Assembly (NCBI GenBank): GCA_004022145.1
Contig: RCNU01000005.1
Strand: one strand, 5' to 3'
DNA from: Paecilomyces variotii
Taxonomy: Eukaryota
DNA: 64,000 bases
The notes under the pieces were generated by a model. That model was not told the origin of the DNA, searched no databases, and saw nothing but the letters and a program-made list of their open reading frames with translations. Position 1 is the first letter of the stretch, and every line of letters starts with the position of its first letter. Below are positions 1 to 11,229 of this stretch, piece after piece. The translations under genes and the position numbers were made by a program.

Positions 1-239
1 GGCTGGAGACCCTTGATCATACAATTGAGTAATTTTACAGTGACATTTAAGAAGTTATGACTGCACGATTACCTTCTTGTCAGGGAGGCAGGACGCTTAT
101 AGACGCATGTCACCGGTCCGCGGCGCTTTCTGCAACGCGTGCAGATAGGACGTTTCCCATCACACCTCGTTTTATCTTCCCGACAGTTGGTGCAAGCGAG
201 TCGAATCTTTGAGCGCTTTTCTCTGCCTAAAGGAGGCAT
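1..239 (-). CDS. Zn(II)2Cys6 fungal transcription factor, 5' part only (continues beyond window start)
   Basis: Manual translation from ATG 239 gives MPPLGREKRSKIRLACTNCREDKTRCDGKRPICTRCRKRRGPVTCVYKRPASLTR, which has Cx2Cx6Cx6Cx2Cx8C spacing. A GTAATC donor follows at 72. Confidence 0.88.
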
Positions 240-881
240 GGCGTTCGATCTCGCCTGAGTCTCTTATTATCGTTGCGTGTCCATTATTGGGTAACAGTGA
301 TTGTCATTTGATGGATTGAATCTACGGATGCATACAGTAAGTTCCTCCCCGAGTCCCCGCGAAGCCGAGAAAGCGGGACCGAGTCGCTAGTCTAGCGCCT
401 TAAATTGAACTACCTAGGTATGTAGTTAACTTTCTCACCTACAGTATCAATTATTGACTCAAAGGACCTTGAAGCTGTTCTGTAATATGATTGTATTGGT
501 CAGAATCTTGTCGCATATAGTTACCATGTATATGCGAGTGCCGTACCTTGGTGTTTTACCTCATTAGGAAAATAGGGTTTAGGGCACTGCCAGAAGCGGG
601 TCCATCGATGGCCAGACTGAGAGCTTCTCCTTGATCTTCGAACCAAGCTCTGCTTCTTGCCACTCTTTGCGAGATACTCTTTTTTTAAGATATCTCCCCT
701 CTTAACTATATCATTTATATTCAGGACTAGATGGATTATTGAAATCTCTTATCATTCGCCCCCCCACGCTGCGGACGAAGTCCTTTCGTTTACTCCGTAC
801 TTTCGCCTCTCGGAGGAGGAAGTACGTATAGCATTTAACTCCATTTAATACCATCGAGTGCAGTCCGCATTGAATTATCCC

Positions 882-2120
882 ATGATGCTTCCTGGATCTC
901 TACCGTCTCGATCAATAGTCGATGACAGCGAGGATGTCCCCGTTAACAGGGTACTATCCTTCAATGGGCGACTGAACAAGTACTTCCACCGGGTTACCAA
1001 GAACGAGAGCATTCAGAAGACAACAACAACATCGACCGAGGCCAAGAGCTTAGGCGACGAGAGTAATACTTCCTCTTCGTCGGAATCGCTAAAGCGGAAA
1101 CTCGAACATGAGGATATCCCCAGCTGGCAAGAAGGACGGACTACTCGTTCTCGACCAACAATGTCAAGAGCGTCAGCTACGATAACAACCGCATCGCGCC
1201 TAACACGTTCGCGATCCCAGACATTAGCTAACTCTCCCTCATCCCCATCCTCCTCCTCTTCCTCCAGATCATCGAAGACGACAACAAAGAAGAAACGCCC
1301 CGCCCGCTCTCCCCTCACGACATCTACAATCTCCCCGCCCTCCCTCCTCCGCGACACCATCCCACCGAACCTAATCCTCCTTCTCGTGGGTGTCAACCCA
1401 GGCCTAATGACCGGTACAACCGGCTTCGCCTACGCACACCCCTCAAACCTCTTCTGGAAACTGCTCCACTCCTCCGGTATAACCACGATCCGCCACCCTC
1501 CCAGCGACACATACCGTCTCCCGGAACTATACGAGATCGGAAACACGAATATCGTCGAGCGCCCGACGCGGGACGCGAGCATGCTTACGAAAGCTGAGAT
1601 GGATGCAGGCGTGCCTGTTCTCGAAGCGAAAGTAGCTGCTCAGCGGCCCGAGGCTGTGTGTTTGGTCGGGAAGAGTATCTGGGAGGCGGTGTGGAGGGTG
1701 CGTAAAGGACGGGGGATTAAGAAGGAGGAGTTTAAATATGGCTGGCAGAATGAGAGTGAGAATATGGGCCGTGTTCGCGCCGGGGATGGTGTCGAAGGGT
1801 GGGATGGGGCACCGGTGTTTGTGGCCACGACCACCAGCGGGCTGGCGGCGGGTATGACACTGGCAGAAAAGCAGGCTGTCTGGAATGAGTTGGGAAGATG
1901 GGTCGTTAAGAGGAGGCAGGAGAGGAAAGCTGCTGCTTCGAGCGAGCTTGACAAGGCACTGGACTCTACAGTGGAAGTCACTGAGTGTTCTCCATCTAAC
2001 GTAACAACAGACAACGTAGCGAATCCTACGTGTCATAAAGTCACCGGGGAACTAACATCTGACACCACTATTCTCACAGAGAGTGCAGGAACAGGCGTCT
2101 CAAATACTAACGAAGCTTGA
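882..2120 (+). CDS. G/T(U) mismatch-specific thymine/uracil DNA glycosylase (TDG/MUG family)
   Basis: Motifs LLVGVNPG, YAHPSNLFWKLL, IGNTNIVERPT and ATTTSGL, with a Ser/Thr-rich disordered N-terminus. First ATG at 882; single exon. Confidence 0.9.
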   Translation: MMLPGSLPSRSIVDDSEDVPVNRVLSFNGRLNKYFHRVTKNESIQKTTTTSTEAKSLGDESNTSSSSESLKRKLEHEDIPSWQEGRTTRSRPTMSRASATITTASRLTRSRSQTLANSPSSPSSSSSSRSSKTTTKKKRPARSPLTTSTISPPSLLRDTIPPNLILLLVGVNPGLMTGTTGFAYAHPSNLFWKLLHSSGITTIRHPPSDTYRLPELYEIGNTNIVERPTRDASMLTKAEMDAGVPVLEAKVAAQRPEAVCLVGKSIWEAVWRVRKGRGIKKEEFKYGWQNESENMGRVRAGDGVEGWDGAPVFVATTTSGLAAGMTLAEKQAVWNELGRWVVKRRQERKAAASSELDKALDSTVEVTECSPSNVTTDNVANPTCHKVTGELTSDTTILTESAGTGVSNTNEA

Positions 2121-2765
2121 CCTCGGTTCGACCGTTCCGCATAATATCACGCTAGAACCCTAGAATCATGATATCTAACGATTATAGACAAACATCACAA
2201 GATTTGCTAATTTAGAAAAAAAAAGCCCAGGCTTTAGATATTCATCTCTTGATTTTCTCATTAGGCGATCATTGATAGTAGATATCCTATGATCATTATC
2301 TGATATAGTAATAAAAAGGATGCTAATCCGGCATCCACATGCTCCCCGAAAACGCGCTCCATAAGAAACAACATGACCGTTCGTAAGAAAAATACACATG
2401 TCATGATAACGATTCCGAGGATCGACCTGTTGAATGAGATACCCCGCTCAATGAATAGTTCCTTTCATGTTCCCCCCAAGTCCTTGAAAACGACAAGGAC
2501 CCAAGGAAACAGGAAAAGGACAGGATCAAAGATACAGCCAGAGAGTCGTAGGAATATGGCGAGATTTTGTTGATATGAAGGAAGACTTAAGGGACTCGTC
2601 GAGCTATCTTCGTTCTCATCTGCCAGATCTCTGACCGTGTCTTTGTCTCAACCAGAAGACCAGCTAGATGAGAGAGAGACCGATCACAGCGAGATCTGCG
2701 ATATTCGAGACGCACGGGCTGGTCGTCAAGCCAGGCACGACCCTGAATCTAGGTCCATGGCAGAC

Positions 2766-3246
2766 TTAATGAGGCACGGTGGGACCATCAGAGGGGTTCT
2801 TGTCACCCTGGCGTTCGCGGCCCTGTGAATTGAACATTAGCATCTGCTAACACGGCAATGCACAGGAATACGAGTCAATACTTACCACTGTCTGCTGGAG
2901 CTCACCCTTCTCCAGGATCTGCTTGACGACGTCATCCTCATTGGAGGTACCGAACTCGCTCTCCAAGGAACCCTTGCTAGCAGTGTCAAGAACACCCTGA
3001 GCGCCGTGACTGTTTGGTATTAGTTAGGTCTTCTGTTCCACATAACAAAACTGCAGGGAGAAAAGGTAGCATCGTCACATACCGGTGCGTCACGAAGATC
3101 TTCCAGCCGTTGAGCACCTGAGCCAGAGGGATAGTGCGGTCCTTGCGCCAGTTGTTCAAAGCCTGAGCGTCATCGACGAAGATGACAAAGTCGTCGACCT
3201 TGCCCTTGTAGAAGACGCGGGACTGCTGCTCATTTGCGCGAGGCAT
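2766..3246 (-). CDS. RTC3/SBDS N-terminal-like small RNA-binding protein
   Basis: Three exons (3246-3083, 3009-2886, 2822-2766) with GT-AG introns. Sequence VFYKGKVDDFVIFVDD...WKIFVTHRHGAQGVLDTASKGSLESEFGTSNEDDVVKQILEKG. Confidence 0.85.
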
Positions 3247-4001
3247 TGTGGCTGATGTGGATAACTCTTGCTTGCTGGAAAATAGATGTGAAGCCTAAGC
3301 TCTGGATTTCGAGTGCAGCTACTATCTAGAGGTAGCAACGGATACGTGAAGTATAAGCGTAAGGTGACGTTGAAGATGGGAAGAACAGAAATGACAAGCT
3401 CAGTTCAGTTCAGTTCGGTTCAATTGAATAGTCTGGATAGAGTCGAAAAGAACAGACAGCGAGAACCAGCCTTATGTAGGCGAGCTCTCATGACGAGTTC
3501 GGCCAACCTGCTCAGCGGGCATCGACGTCATCGGCTCTCCGCCCCGCCTTGCTTTGCGGATCAACAGGGGAGGACATCGCGCGACCAGTTCAGGGAAGAA
3601 GGAAAAAAAGGAAAAGAAAAAGAACCAAAGATAAGTTACAGACTACTGAAAAAGTGCATTATTCTCTGCGAATAGAGCCACATCTACCATCCGTCATTCG
3701 TCATTCCACCATACCTACGGAGCATGGTCAAGTATATACTACTTACTGGACTGCCCCTCCTCCCGGAGCGGACATTTTATCCCTCTCCGCACCGTCATGA
3801 TCTGATCCATTACGTGTGAATGCCAAGTCCAACCTCAACTCCTCCTCCACTGCAGCTCCACTGCATTTCGAATGCACCAGAACAGGCCTTTGAACAAAGC
3901 CACACAATTGCCAAAATCAGTTGGTATACGGAGTACAGCTCACCCGTAGAAAGCTATCCGCAAGTCGTCACGTGTCCATTGGACAATTGGACACGTTCCA
4001 T

Positions 4002-6769
4002 CTATTCCTTCGCTCCGCGGCCCCGACTAGGAGAGAGCGCGTTGAGGAAAGGAGACGACAGATTCCATCGTCTCTTTGGTGAGTACTTGAATTCGCCATT
4101 GGACTTCCCACTTGAGCTGCGTGACGGAATATCGGTAGGAGCCGCAGCTCTCTTCCGCAGCCCTGTGAATCTGATAGTGGAGGATCGACCCAGGTTCCCG
4201 GAGGCGTCAGCTGAGTTGTGAGAGTGTCCTTCGTTGGTAGATAGAGCTTCGATCACCGTTAGGATCTCCTCTGGATCCTTCTCAGTCCATTCGCCCTCGT
4301 CTTTGATGTCGACGACTGCGTCGGCCGATCGGTTAGTGACCGTGGTCAGAGAGCTGGAACGACGACTGAGGGGCATGTGAAAGCTCAGCCGTCTCATCAG
4401 AGATCCAGGAGATGCCAACAGTAGATAGTCAGCTCGCTTGAGGATCATCCCAGGGAATGGAAGAACGTCACGTGTATACAGATCTGAAATGAAGCGTTCC
4501 AACCGGACTCGATCGCGCCTACGTGGATTGAGCATCGTTGCGGAACGTATCGTTAGCGAGGTCAGCGATCGTCCAAGCTCAGCAGGGTAGACGGGGTTGC
4601 TGTCATCAAGCTGGGAGGGAAAGTTGGTTTTCTTGATGATCACATGTTTCTGCTTAGGTCGAAGGCTCGTCAACGACTGTGCTGAAGATCGGCGAGTAAG
4701 AAGAGCCAAATGATCACCCCCCAGATACAATGGCTTCAAGGCGAGAGACATCATGGAGTACTTCCTTGGTTCCAAGTATTCAGATGGTAAGTTTGTGGGT
4801 AATACAGTGGACGCCTTCAGAAGCTCCATCTTCCAATGCGTCTCCTCTTCAGCACTAGATGCACTCAAGATGAGTTCGAAGCTGGTGCTCTGGTATTTGA
4901 AGACCACCTTCCAAGAAAAGCCGCAAGTATGACAGTGAAGTCCTGACAGATATAAGCACCATGAAAAGAGAGTAAAACTAGGGCTGCTTTACCTATACCG
5001 TTGGTCAACACATCGATCCTCATATCCAAAACGTAGATAGAAGCGACCAGCTGTAACTTGCGCGAACCATCGGAGTGCCTGCAGAGGACTATGTATCCGT
5101 GGAATAGTACACAGACCATATAATCTCCCATGATGCCTTCGGTGGACTCGTATGCGACATAAAGGACGCCACAAAGGATCAACGGGCCCAATTGGCGGTA
5201 CACGTCCTGGAGGACACACTCGAAGACATTGTCAACCGATGATCCTCATCCCCATAGGCTTCTGGAGAACTTACATTGTCCGGAAATTCAAGTTTCTCTT
5301 GCAAGCTAACGGTCTTCTGAATGCGGTCCTGAGCTAGAGGGTTACCGGTGGCGTCGTTTATACACGCTACTTTCATGCGTATCTGCTCCAAGATCTGGCT
5401 GATCTCCTCATGAGCCTCGGGGCAGTCTCCGGTAGGTGTATTTTTCAGAAGATCCGAGAGCAGGAGAGGGTATTTGCAGACGCGCTGAATAGGCTGCGAA
5501 GAACACGTTAATTGAGACCTGAGAAACGAAGTAGTGACCAGACCTTTATCAGTAAATCATTTAATGTCATGGCTTTACACTCTTCTGGTTTTTGGCCATC
5601 CTTGGAAGCAACTGCCTTACAGAGTGCTTCTATGCCTCGATCATAGATGCTCCAGGAAGGATGTGACCGGCGGATAATAGCCAGATCTTCAGTGAGCAAT
5701 CCGTAATTACCGCAGAAGTCTTCGTAGGAAGGGAAGCCGAGAGACTGGAGTGAAGACATTAGTAAGTCCATCCACCATTCTGCGGGCATCGGTAGATTTA
5801 CAAGTCTGTCAAGCTCGCGAGCCACGATACGTGCTTCAAAGGGATCCGCTGCTACTGCCTTGATCCTGATATCAACAGTAGCCTTCAGATTGCGTGTCCG
5901 CAGAGATCTATTGTGCGGCCGTCGAAAGTGCCCTAGATCCATACTACTCCACTTCTCATGCAAGGTACGAACTGGCAATTTGGAGATCTCGCCGTCCACG
6001 GGCTCTTCTGATTTAGGTGATATAATACGAAGTTGCTCTAAGAAGATCTCGTGGATTCTTCGAATCTTCTGCAGAGTATGGCAGATTGTCGGTCTTGCTG
6101 GAAGGAACGACGATAGGATCTACCAGCAGTATACAGATTAGCACAAGGAAGCCAAGGGGCTCGGAGTCAGCGTACATCTGTAAGAGACTTAAGACCGGTC
6201 ACATATTCTGACTCCGTGGAGAGGATCTCGTGTAGGATCTGGCGTCTTTTGATCCCTCGAGTCCAGGCTGCATCGTCAATAGATGTATTACTCGGAGCCA
6301 ACCTCAAACTGTCGATCGACGTCCGAGCCTCAGAGTTCGACCTGGGGCTCGCAGGATGTCCACTCTGGTTGGTGCTGCTTTGGGTTGTTGCCCTTGATCT
6401 TGTAATGAGGCTTTGGGTAGTAATGCTCATGCTAGCCGTCTTTACTGTTTCCAAAACGGATGAGTGGCCCGATAGCTGTTCCCACCGCTGATCCTGAGTA
6501 TCCGGAATGTTTGAGAACTCTGCCAAGGTGGCATCACTGTCGCGCCGTTGTGGTTCTTCTGTCCAACCTTCGACGTGCTTCAGGGGAGTTCGCGCGGCAG
6601 TCTGCCTCTTGAGCCGGAAGCTGTCAACCCATTTCTTGAAAGGATGGCTATTGAATTTAGAAGTACTAGTAGTCTCTGGTTTGGAATCATCTGGGTTGGA
6701 GGGGCCCTCATGGATAGTGGAGGATTTTGGAGTCAGGAATGGCGATTTCATGTCCTCTGTGGGCTCCAT
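4002..6769 (-). CDS. Rho guanine nucleotide exchange factor (DH domain followed by a PH-like region), multi-exon
   Basis: DH hallmarks KRRQILHEILSTESEYVTGLKSL and, across an intron, DLLIK|PIQRVCKYPLLLSDLLKNTP. Start ATG 6769 is inferred. Confidence 0.82.
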
Positions 6770-7469
6770 TGTGAACGGGGGATTGGCGTGATGAATGGAG
6801 AGACATCTCGGAGACGAGAGGATAAACAATCCCACAACAAAACGATATATGATATGTGCCTAAGTCAGAGATGAGCATATTAAGGAAACGACAGCAGACG
6901 GTGCAGTCCAGCATGAGGAAGTCACAACGGGCGTAAGAATCGTATAGCCATGACAGGGAAACAAAGAATAAGCCAAGAACAGCACATTTTCTATCGAAGA
7001 CACTGGTAGACATAATAATCTGACCAAATGTCCTTTTTACACACACCAAAATCATTCTGGAACGGAGCAGGACATCCCATCGCATTTTCTATAGACCATT
7101 GTATTACAGTAGCATCACAGTGAGAACCATACAGCTACGTCATGGCTCCGAGTATGCACAAATCATCATATTAAAGACGAAAAAATGAAAGCAAGGAAGC
7201 GAGCACCCATAACTATTCTGGATCTCTCTCTGATTAATAGCAACAACCAGCAGAATAGTAGAGCAGTAGATACTTGGGGAAGAAAAGCCCTGTGACGCTA
7301 GATACTGCGCCAAGCGTATACTTACTTACTGCTGTATCGATCTAGCCTGCATCTCCCCAGATTTGACAGACCCACCAAACCCGTTTCGGTTTCGCCAACC
7401 ATCAAACCCAACGATTATATCTGATATCCTCTACGATGTTCTCATAATCTTACACACTTCCACCCTGAT

Positions 7470-8386
7470 ATGGGACTCCCGATGGACGGTAATATCCATG
7501 CACCTACGGTACCCTCCGGCCCCACCACCGGAGGGGTTGCCGCTCGAGACCTCTCTAAGCTCTCGATGATGGAACTGATGGCGGAGAAGGAGCGCTTGGA
7601 AGCTGAGCTTTCAGCTCTCAGCAGCGTGTTGACTTCGGTGAGTGATGAGACATGATATCTCAGATATAGGTTTATGCGTGGTTTGCTGACAGCATGGGTC
7701 GTAGCATGGAGTGAACATGAATACAGGCTTGACAACCTTCGACGGTTACCCACGCGACGATATCGATATCGCCCAAAGTACGTCTCTCAGGCCATGATCG
7801 AATGGACCGAACTTACAGAATCTTTACAGTTCGAACTACACGAGCCCGCATAATCCACCTTCGGAACGATCACAAGGATGTCATGAATCGTCTGGAGAAA
7901 GGCCTCCACGAGCACTTTGCCAACCTTCAACAGGCACAAACACAGGCGGCTGCTGGGGTGACAGATGCGTCCAGTTCTGCATCTCAGGTAGCACTGGCCG
8001 ACGCGACGTCGACTTCCCCGGCAGGGATCGTGGAGACTCCATTTGCAAAGGTCAACAGTGTTGTCAGTGGCAGCCCGGCTGAACAGGCAGGCCTTAAGGC
8101 CGGTGATACGATTCGAAATTTTGGAGGAGCCAACTGGATGAACCATGAACGACTCTCCAAGGTCGCGCAGATTGTCCAGCAACACGAAGGGGTAAGTTTC
8201 TAGCTCCGTTCTCTCCGACTGTACCCTGTCTACGGATATTGACTAGTCATCCAGATCCCCTTAGTTGTAAAAGCTGTCCGGAAGGCTGAGAGTGGTTCTG
8301 GGACTACGGAGCTGACCTTGCGATTGACTCCACGGCGTGACTGGGGTGGTCGCGGCCTGTTAGGTTGCCACTTGGTTCCTCTGTAG
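7470..8386 (+). CDS. NAS2: 26S proteasome assembly chaperone Nas2/PSMD9 (PDZ domain)
   Basis: Four exons. TTFDGYPRDDIDI, RIIHLRNDHK, PFAKVNSVVSGSPAEQAGLKAGD and C-terminal WGGRGLLGCHLVPL*. Confidence 0.92.
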
Positions 8387-8801
8387 ATTTGGTTGCTCCT
8401 CACTGCTTGATTCGCACGAATATCCCCCGCGACGCGCAGATACCCTCCTCAGCGTAGGCTCGGTCTTTGCAAGGCATTCTGTTACGAGAGACATGATCAT
8501 GATGGAGTCTAGGTCACCGAGTGTTACTGGTTCCTCCGGGTTTAGGAGTCAAGAGGATACCTATAGATAGGCCTTTGTATGGCAATCGAAGACTGTACCA
8601 GTAATATTGAATTACGTGACGATCATGCTCTGGCAGTAATACATTGAGTCACCCCAACAAAATAATAATCTGCTATGGTATGCGCGTGAAGCTGGTTTGT
8701 TTGCAGGGAGTGTACCATAGATAACTGGCGGCCCATAGCGCGCTGTAGAACATTTTCCACGGAGTTCGCTGAGCAGGGATCCGGAGGGGCAAGCCGTGGG
8801 C

Positions 8802-8813
8802 GGTCACGTGACC
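8802..8813. promoter_or_regulatory. Palindromic E-box GGTCACGTGACC upstream of Ran
   Basis: Perfect 12-bp palindrome containing CACGTG, about 210 bp before the Ran ATG. Confidence 0.45.
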
Positions 8814-9024
8814 TGGAGGCTCCTCGTTTGTTGTCACCGACTTGCTCAAAAATTCCATCACCAGCCCAACATCGCCAGGCACTCCCCCTTGCACTCAGGA
8901 TACCCTGACAGCACCCTTTTCCATACCATCACTTCGTCCTCATCTGCGCGACTTCTGCGCTGGTGTCTTGCTCATTGCGCTTAACGATTAATATATTTTC
9001 TTTTTGTCACGTCACGAAATCACC

Positions 9025-10074
9025 ATGGCTCAAGCCCCACCAACTTTCAAGCTCGTCCTCGTCGGTGACGGTGGTACCGGAAAGGCAAGTCAAACCGCTC
9101 TCTGGATGTCGCATGTTTCGCCTGAAGGTTCTGGGTCGGGGTATCAAGCGATGGATTGAACGATCCGACCCTGAACAGTCGCTCTCTGACCTCAGAATCC
9201 GCCGACTACTTGATCGACCCCTCCCTTCCCGCTTGGATCGCGTGCTGACCGACTGTCCATCGATACAGACCACCTTCGTCAAGCGCCACTTGACTGGAGA
9301 GTTTGAGAAGAAGTACATCGCTACTCTCGGTGTTGAGGTTCACCCTCTCGCTTTCACCACCGTACGATCCCCTCCCCGCTTGACGACCCCGCTTGGGGTG
9401 CCCCTCCATCTGGAGGACATATCGACTAACTCGGCTATAGAACCTGGGTCCGATCCAGTTCGACGTCTGGGACACTGCTGGTCAGGAGAAGTTCGGTGGT
9501 CTGCGCGATGGATACTACATCAACGGCCAGTGTGGTATCATCATGTTCGATGTTACCTCCCGTATCACCTACAAGAACGTTCCCAACTGGCACCGTAAGT
9601 TTTTTTCTCGGCTCTCCGTCCGACGGGGTGTAATCAGGAGTCTTTTTTTGGATGGAAAGGGCTGACATGCGGGAATAGGTGACCTTGTCCGTGTCTGCGA
9701 GAACATCCCCATTGTCCTGTGCGGTAACAAGGTGGACGTCAAGGAGCGTAAGGTGAAGGCCAAGACCATCACTTTCCACCGCAAGAAGAACCTCCAGTAC
9801 TACGATATCTCCGCCAAGTCCAACTACAACTTCGAGAAGCCCTTCCTGTGGCTCGCCCGAAAGCTGGTCGGCAACCAGAGTCTTGTAGGTGTTTCCTGTT
9901 GCTCAACTGTGTCGATAGCGATCACTGATAACGAAATCCTAGGACTTCGTCGCCGCTCCCGCTCTCGCTCCTCCCGAGGTCCAGGTCAACCCCGAGCTCC
10001 TCGCTCAGTACCAGAAGGAGATGGAGGAGGCCCAGAACCAGCCTCTTCCCGACGAGGAAGACGCCGACCTGTGA
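9025..10074 (+). CDS. GSP1: Ran GTPase (Gsp1/Spi1)
   Basis: Five exons. [58 protein letters not shown] and acidic tail [10 protein letters not shown]. The first intron is GC-AG (9085-9268). Confidence 0.97.
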
Positions 10075-11229
10075 ACGCTTCGCTCACAGGAATGTGGAGA
10101 GCAGAAAGCGCCTGGATTTGGGCTGCAGCCTAGCCCCACGGACAGCCCCATTCAGCGTCTTTCTCTAGCTCTGCGGAACGGACACGAAAGCAGGATACGA
10201 TACGATGATACGCGATCCGGTGTGAGGAAATCATCCAAGGGGGGTCTTCTTAAATCTATCATAGGAGGAACCAAACGGTCGGACATGAATGCATTTTCGA
10301 TTTTTAACTACTAGTAGTCTAGACTTTTTATCCTCTTCTCCCATCTTGACACGAGAACAAAAATTAAAATTGCAAAAAATTCCCTCACGGTGAATATTAC
10401 GAAAAAAAAAAAAAGCTTTTTATCTCTCTTCATAGTTATTCTCCCGTTTTATCTACATTCCTGTCTTGATCACCAACAGTAATCATTCACTAGTATGTAT
10501 TTACAAGGTAGATTGTAGTTAAGTAGTGACTAGATTGTAGACCAAAAGTATAGAACTTCCACTATGGAAACAGATAAGCCTTCCGTGGAATAACTCATGG
10601 TAAAGGGAAGAATTATCGTAGAGTGGGGTGAGATATAGTAATAAATCATGAGTTGCTTGCATATAACTTGATTACTGGGTCGTTGCTCTATCGCTCGTGA
10701 AGGCCTACAGATGGACACCGTGCATAGGGCTCGTCCACGATCGAAGATGAATGACAATTTCGATTAATCACTATGAAAGGTAAAGTAGATGCAAAAGGTC
10801 ATAAAAAAGCCTTGTACTCTTGTACACGACCGTTAGATTGGCAGCCGCCCCCATCGAGAGCTGAGATAAGCCTACTTTCGGAACCGTTGAGTTGGCTCGA
10901 AGGATCTCGGTTGAGACAATAGAGTAGAGCGTGAAAGTTAAAGAGGAGATAAAGAAGATATGCCGCGAATGGGAGAGAAAGAAAAAAAAAACGAGGAATG
11001 CATTCAAACACCGCCACTCCGACCAAACACCAGTTACAGTCATGAAATACCATATGGCAAAGGATACCACCGACGCTATGCAAGTTGCTTCGAAAATAGG
11101 AAAAAGTCCATCAGAACTGGGTATCGTGATATGACAGCGTCTCTTTCGACGCTGGAAATTAGACACAATGAATCCGCTGATCACCAGAACAGGATGCGAG
11201 TACGCAACGCCATCACTATGAAAGACAGC

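Noticed and set aside
283-295. 13-nt match ATTATTGGGTAAC to the reverse strand near 21140
   Set aside because: Many 13-mer matches are expected by chance in 64 kb, and the similarity does not extend.
7390-7401. Rpn4/PACE-like sequence upstream of NAS2
   Set aside because: GGTTGGCGAAA does not match GGTGGC(A/G)AA without an insertion.
8963-9598. 211-aa ORF over Ran
   Set aside because: A chimera of UTR, intron and one true exon; the spliced model explains it.
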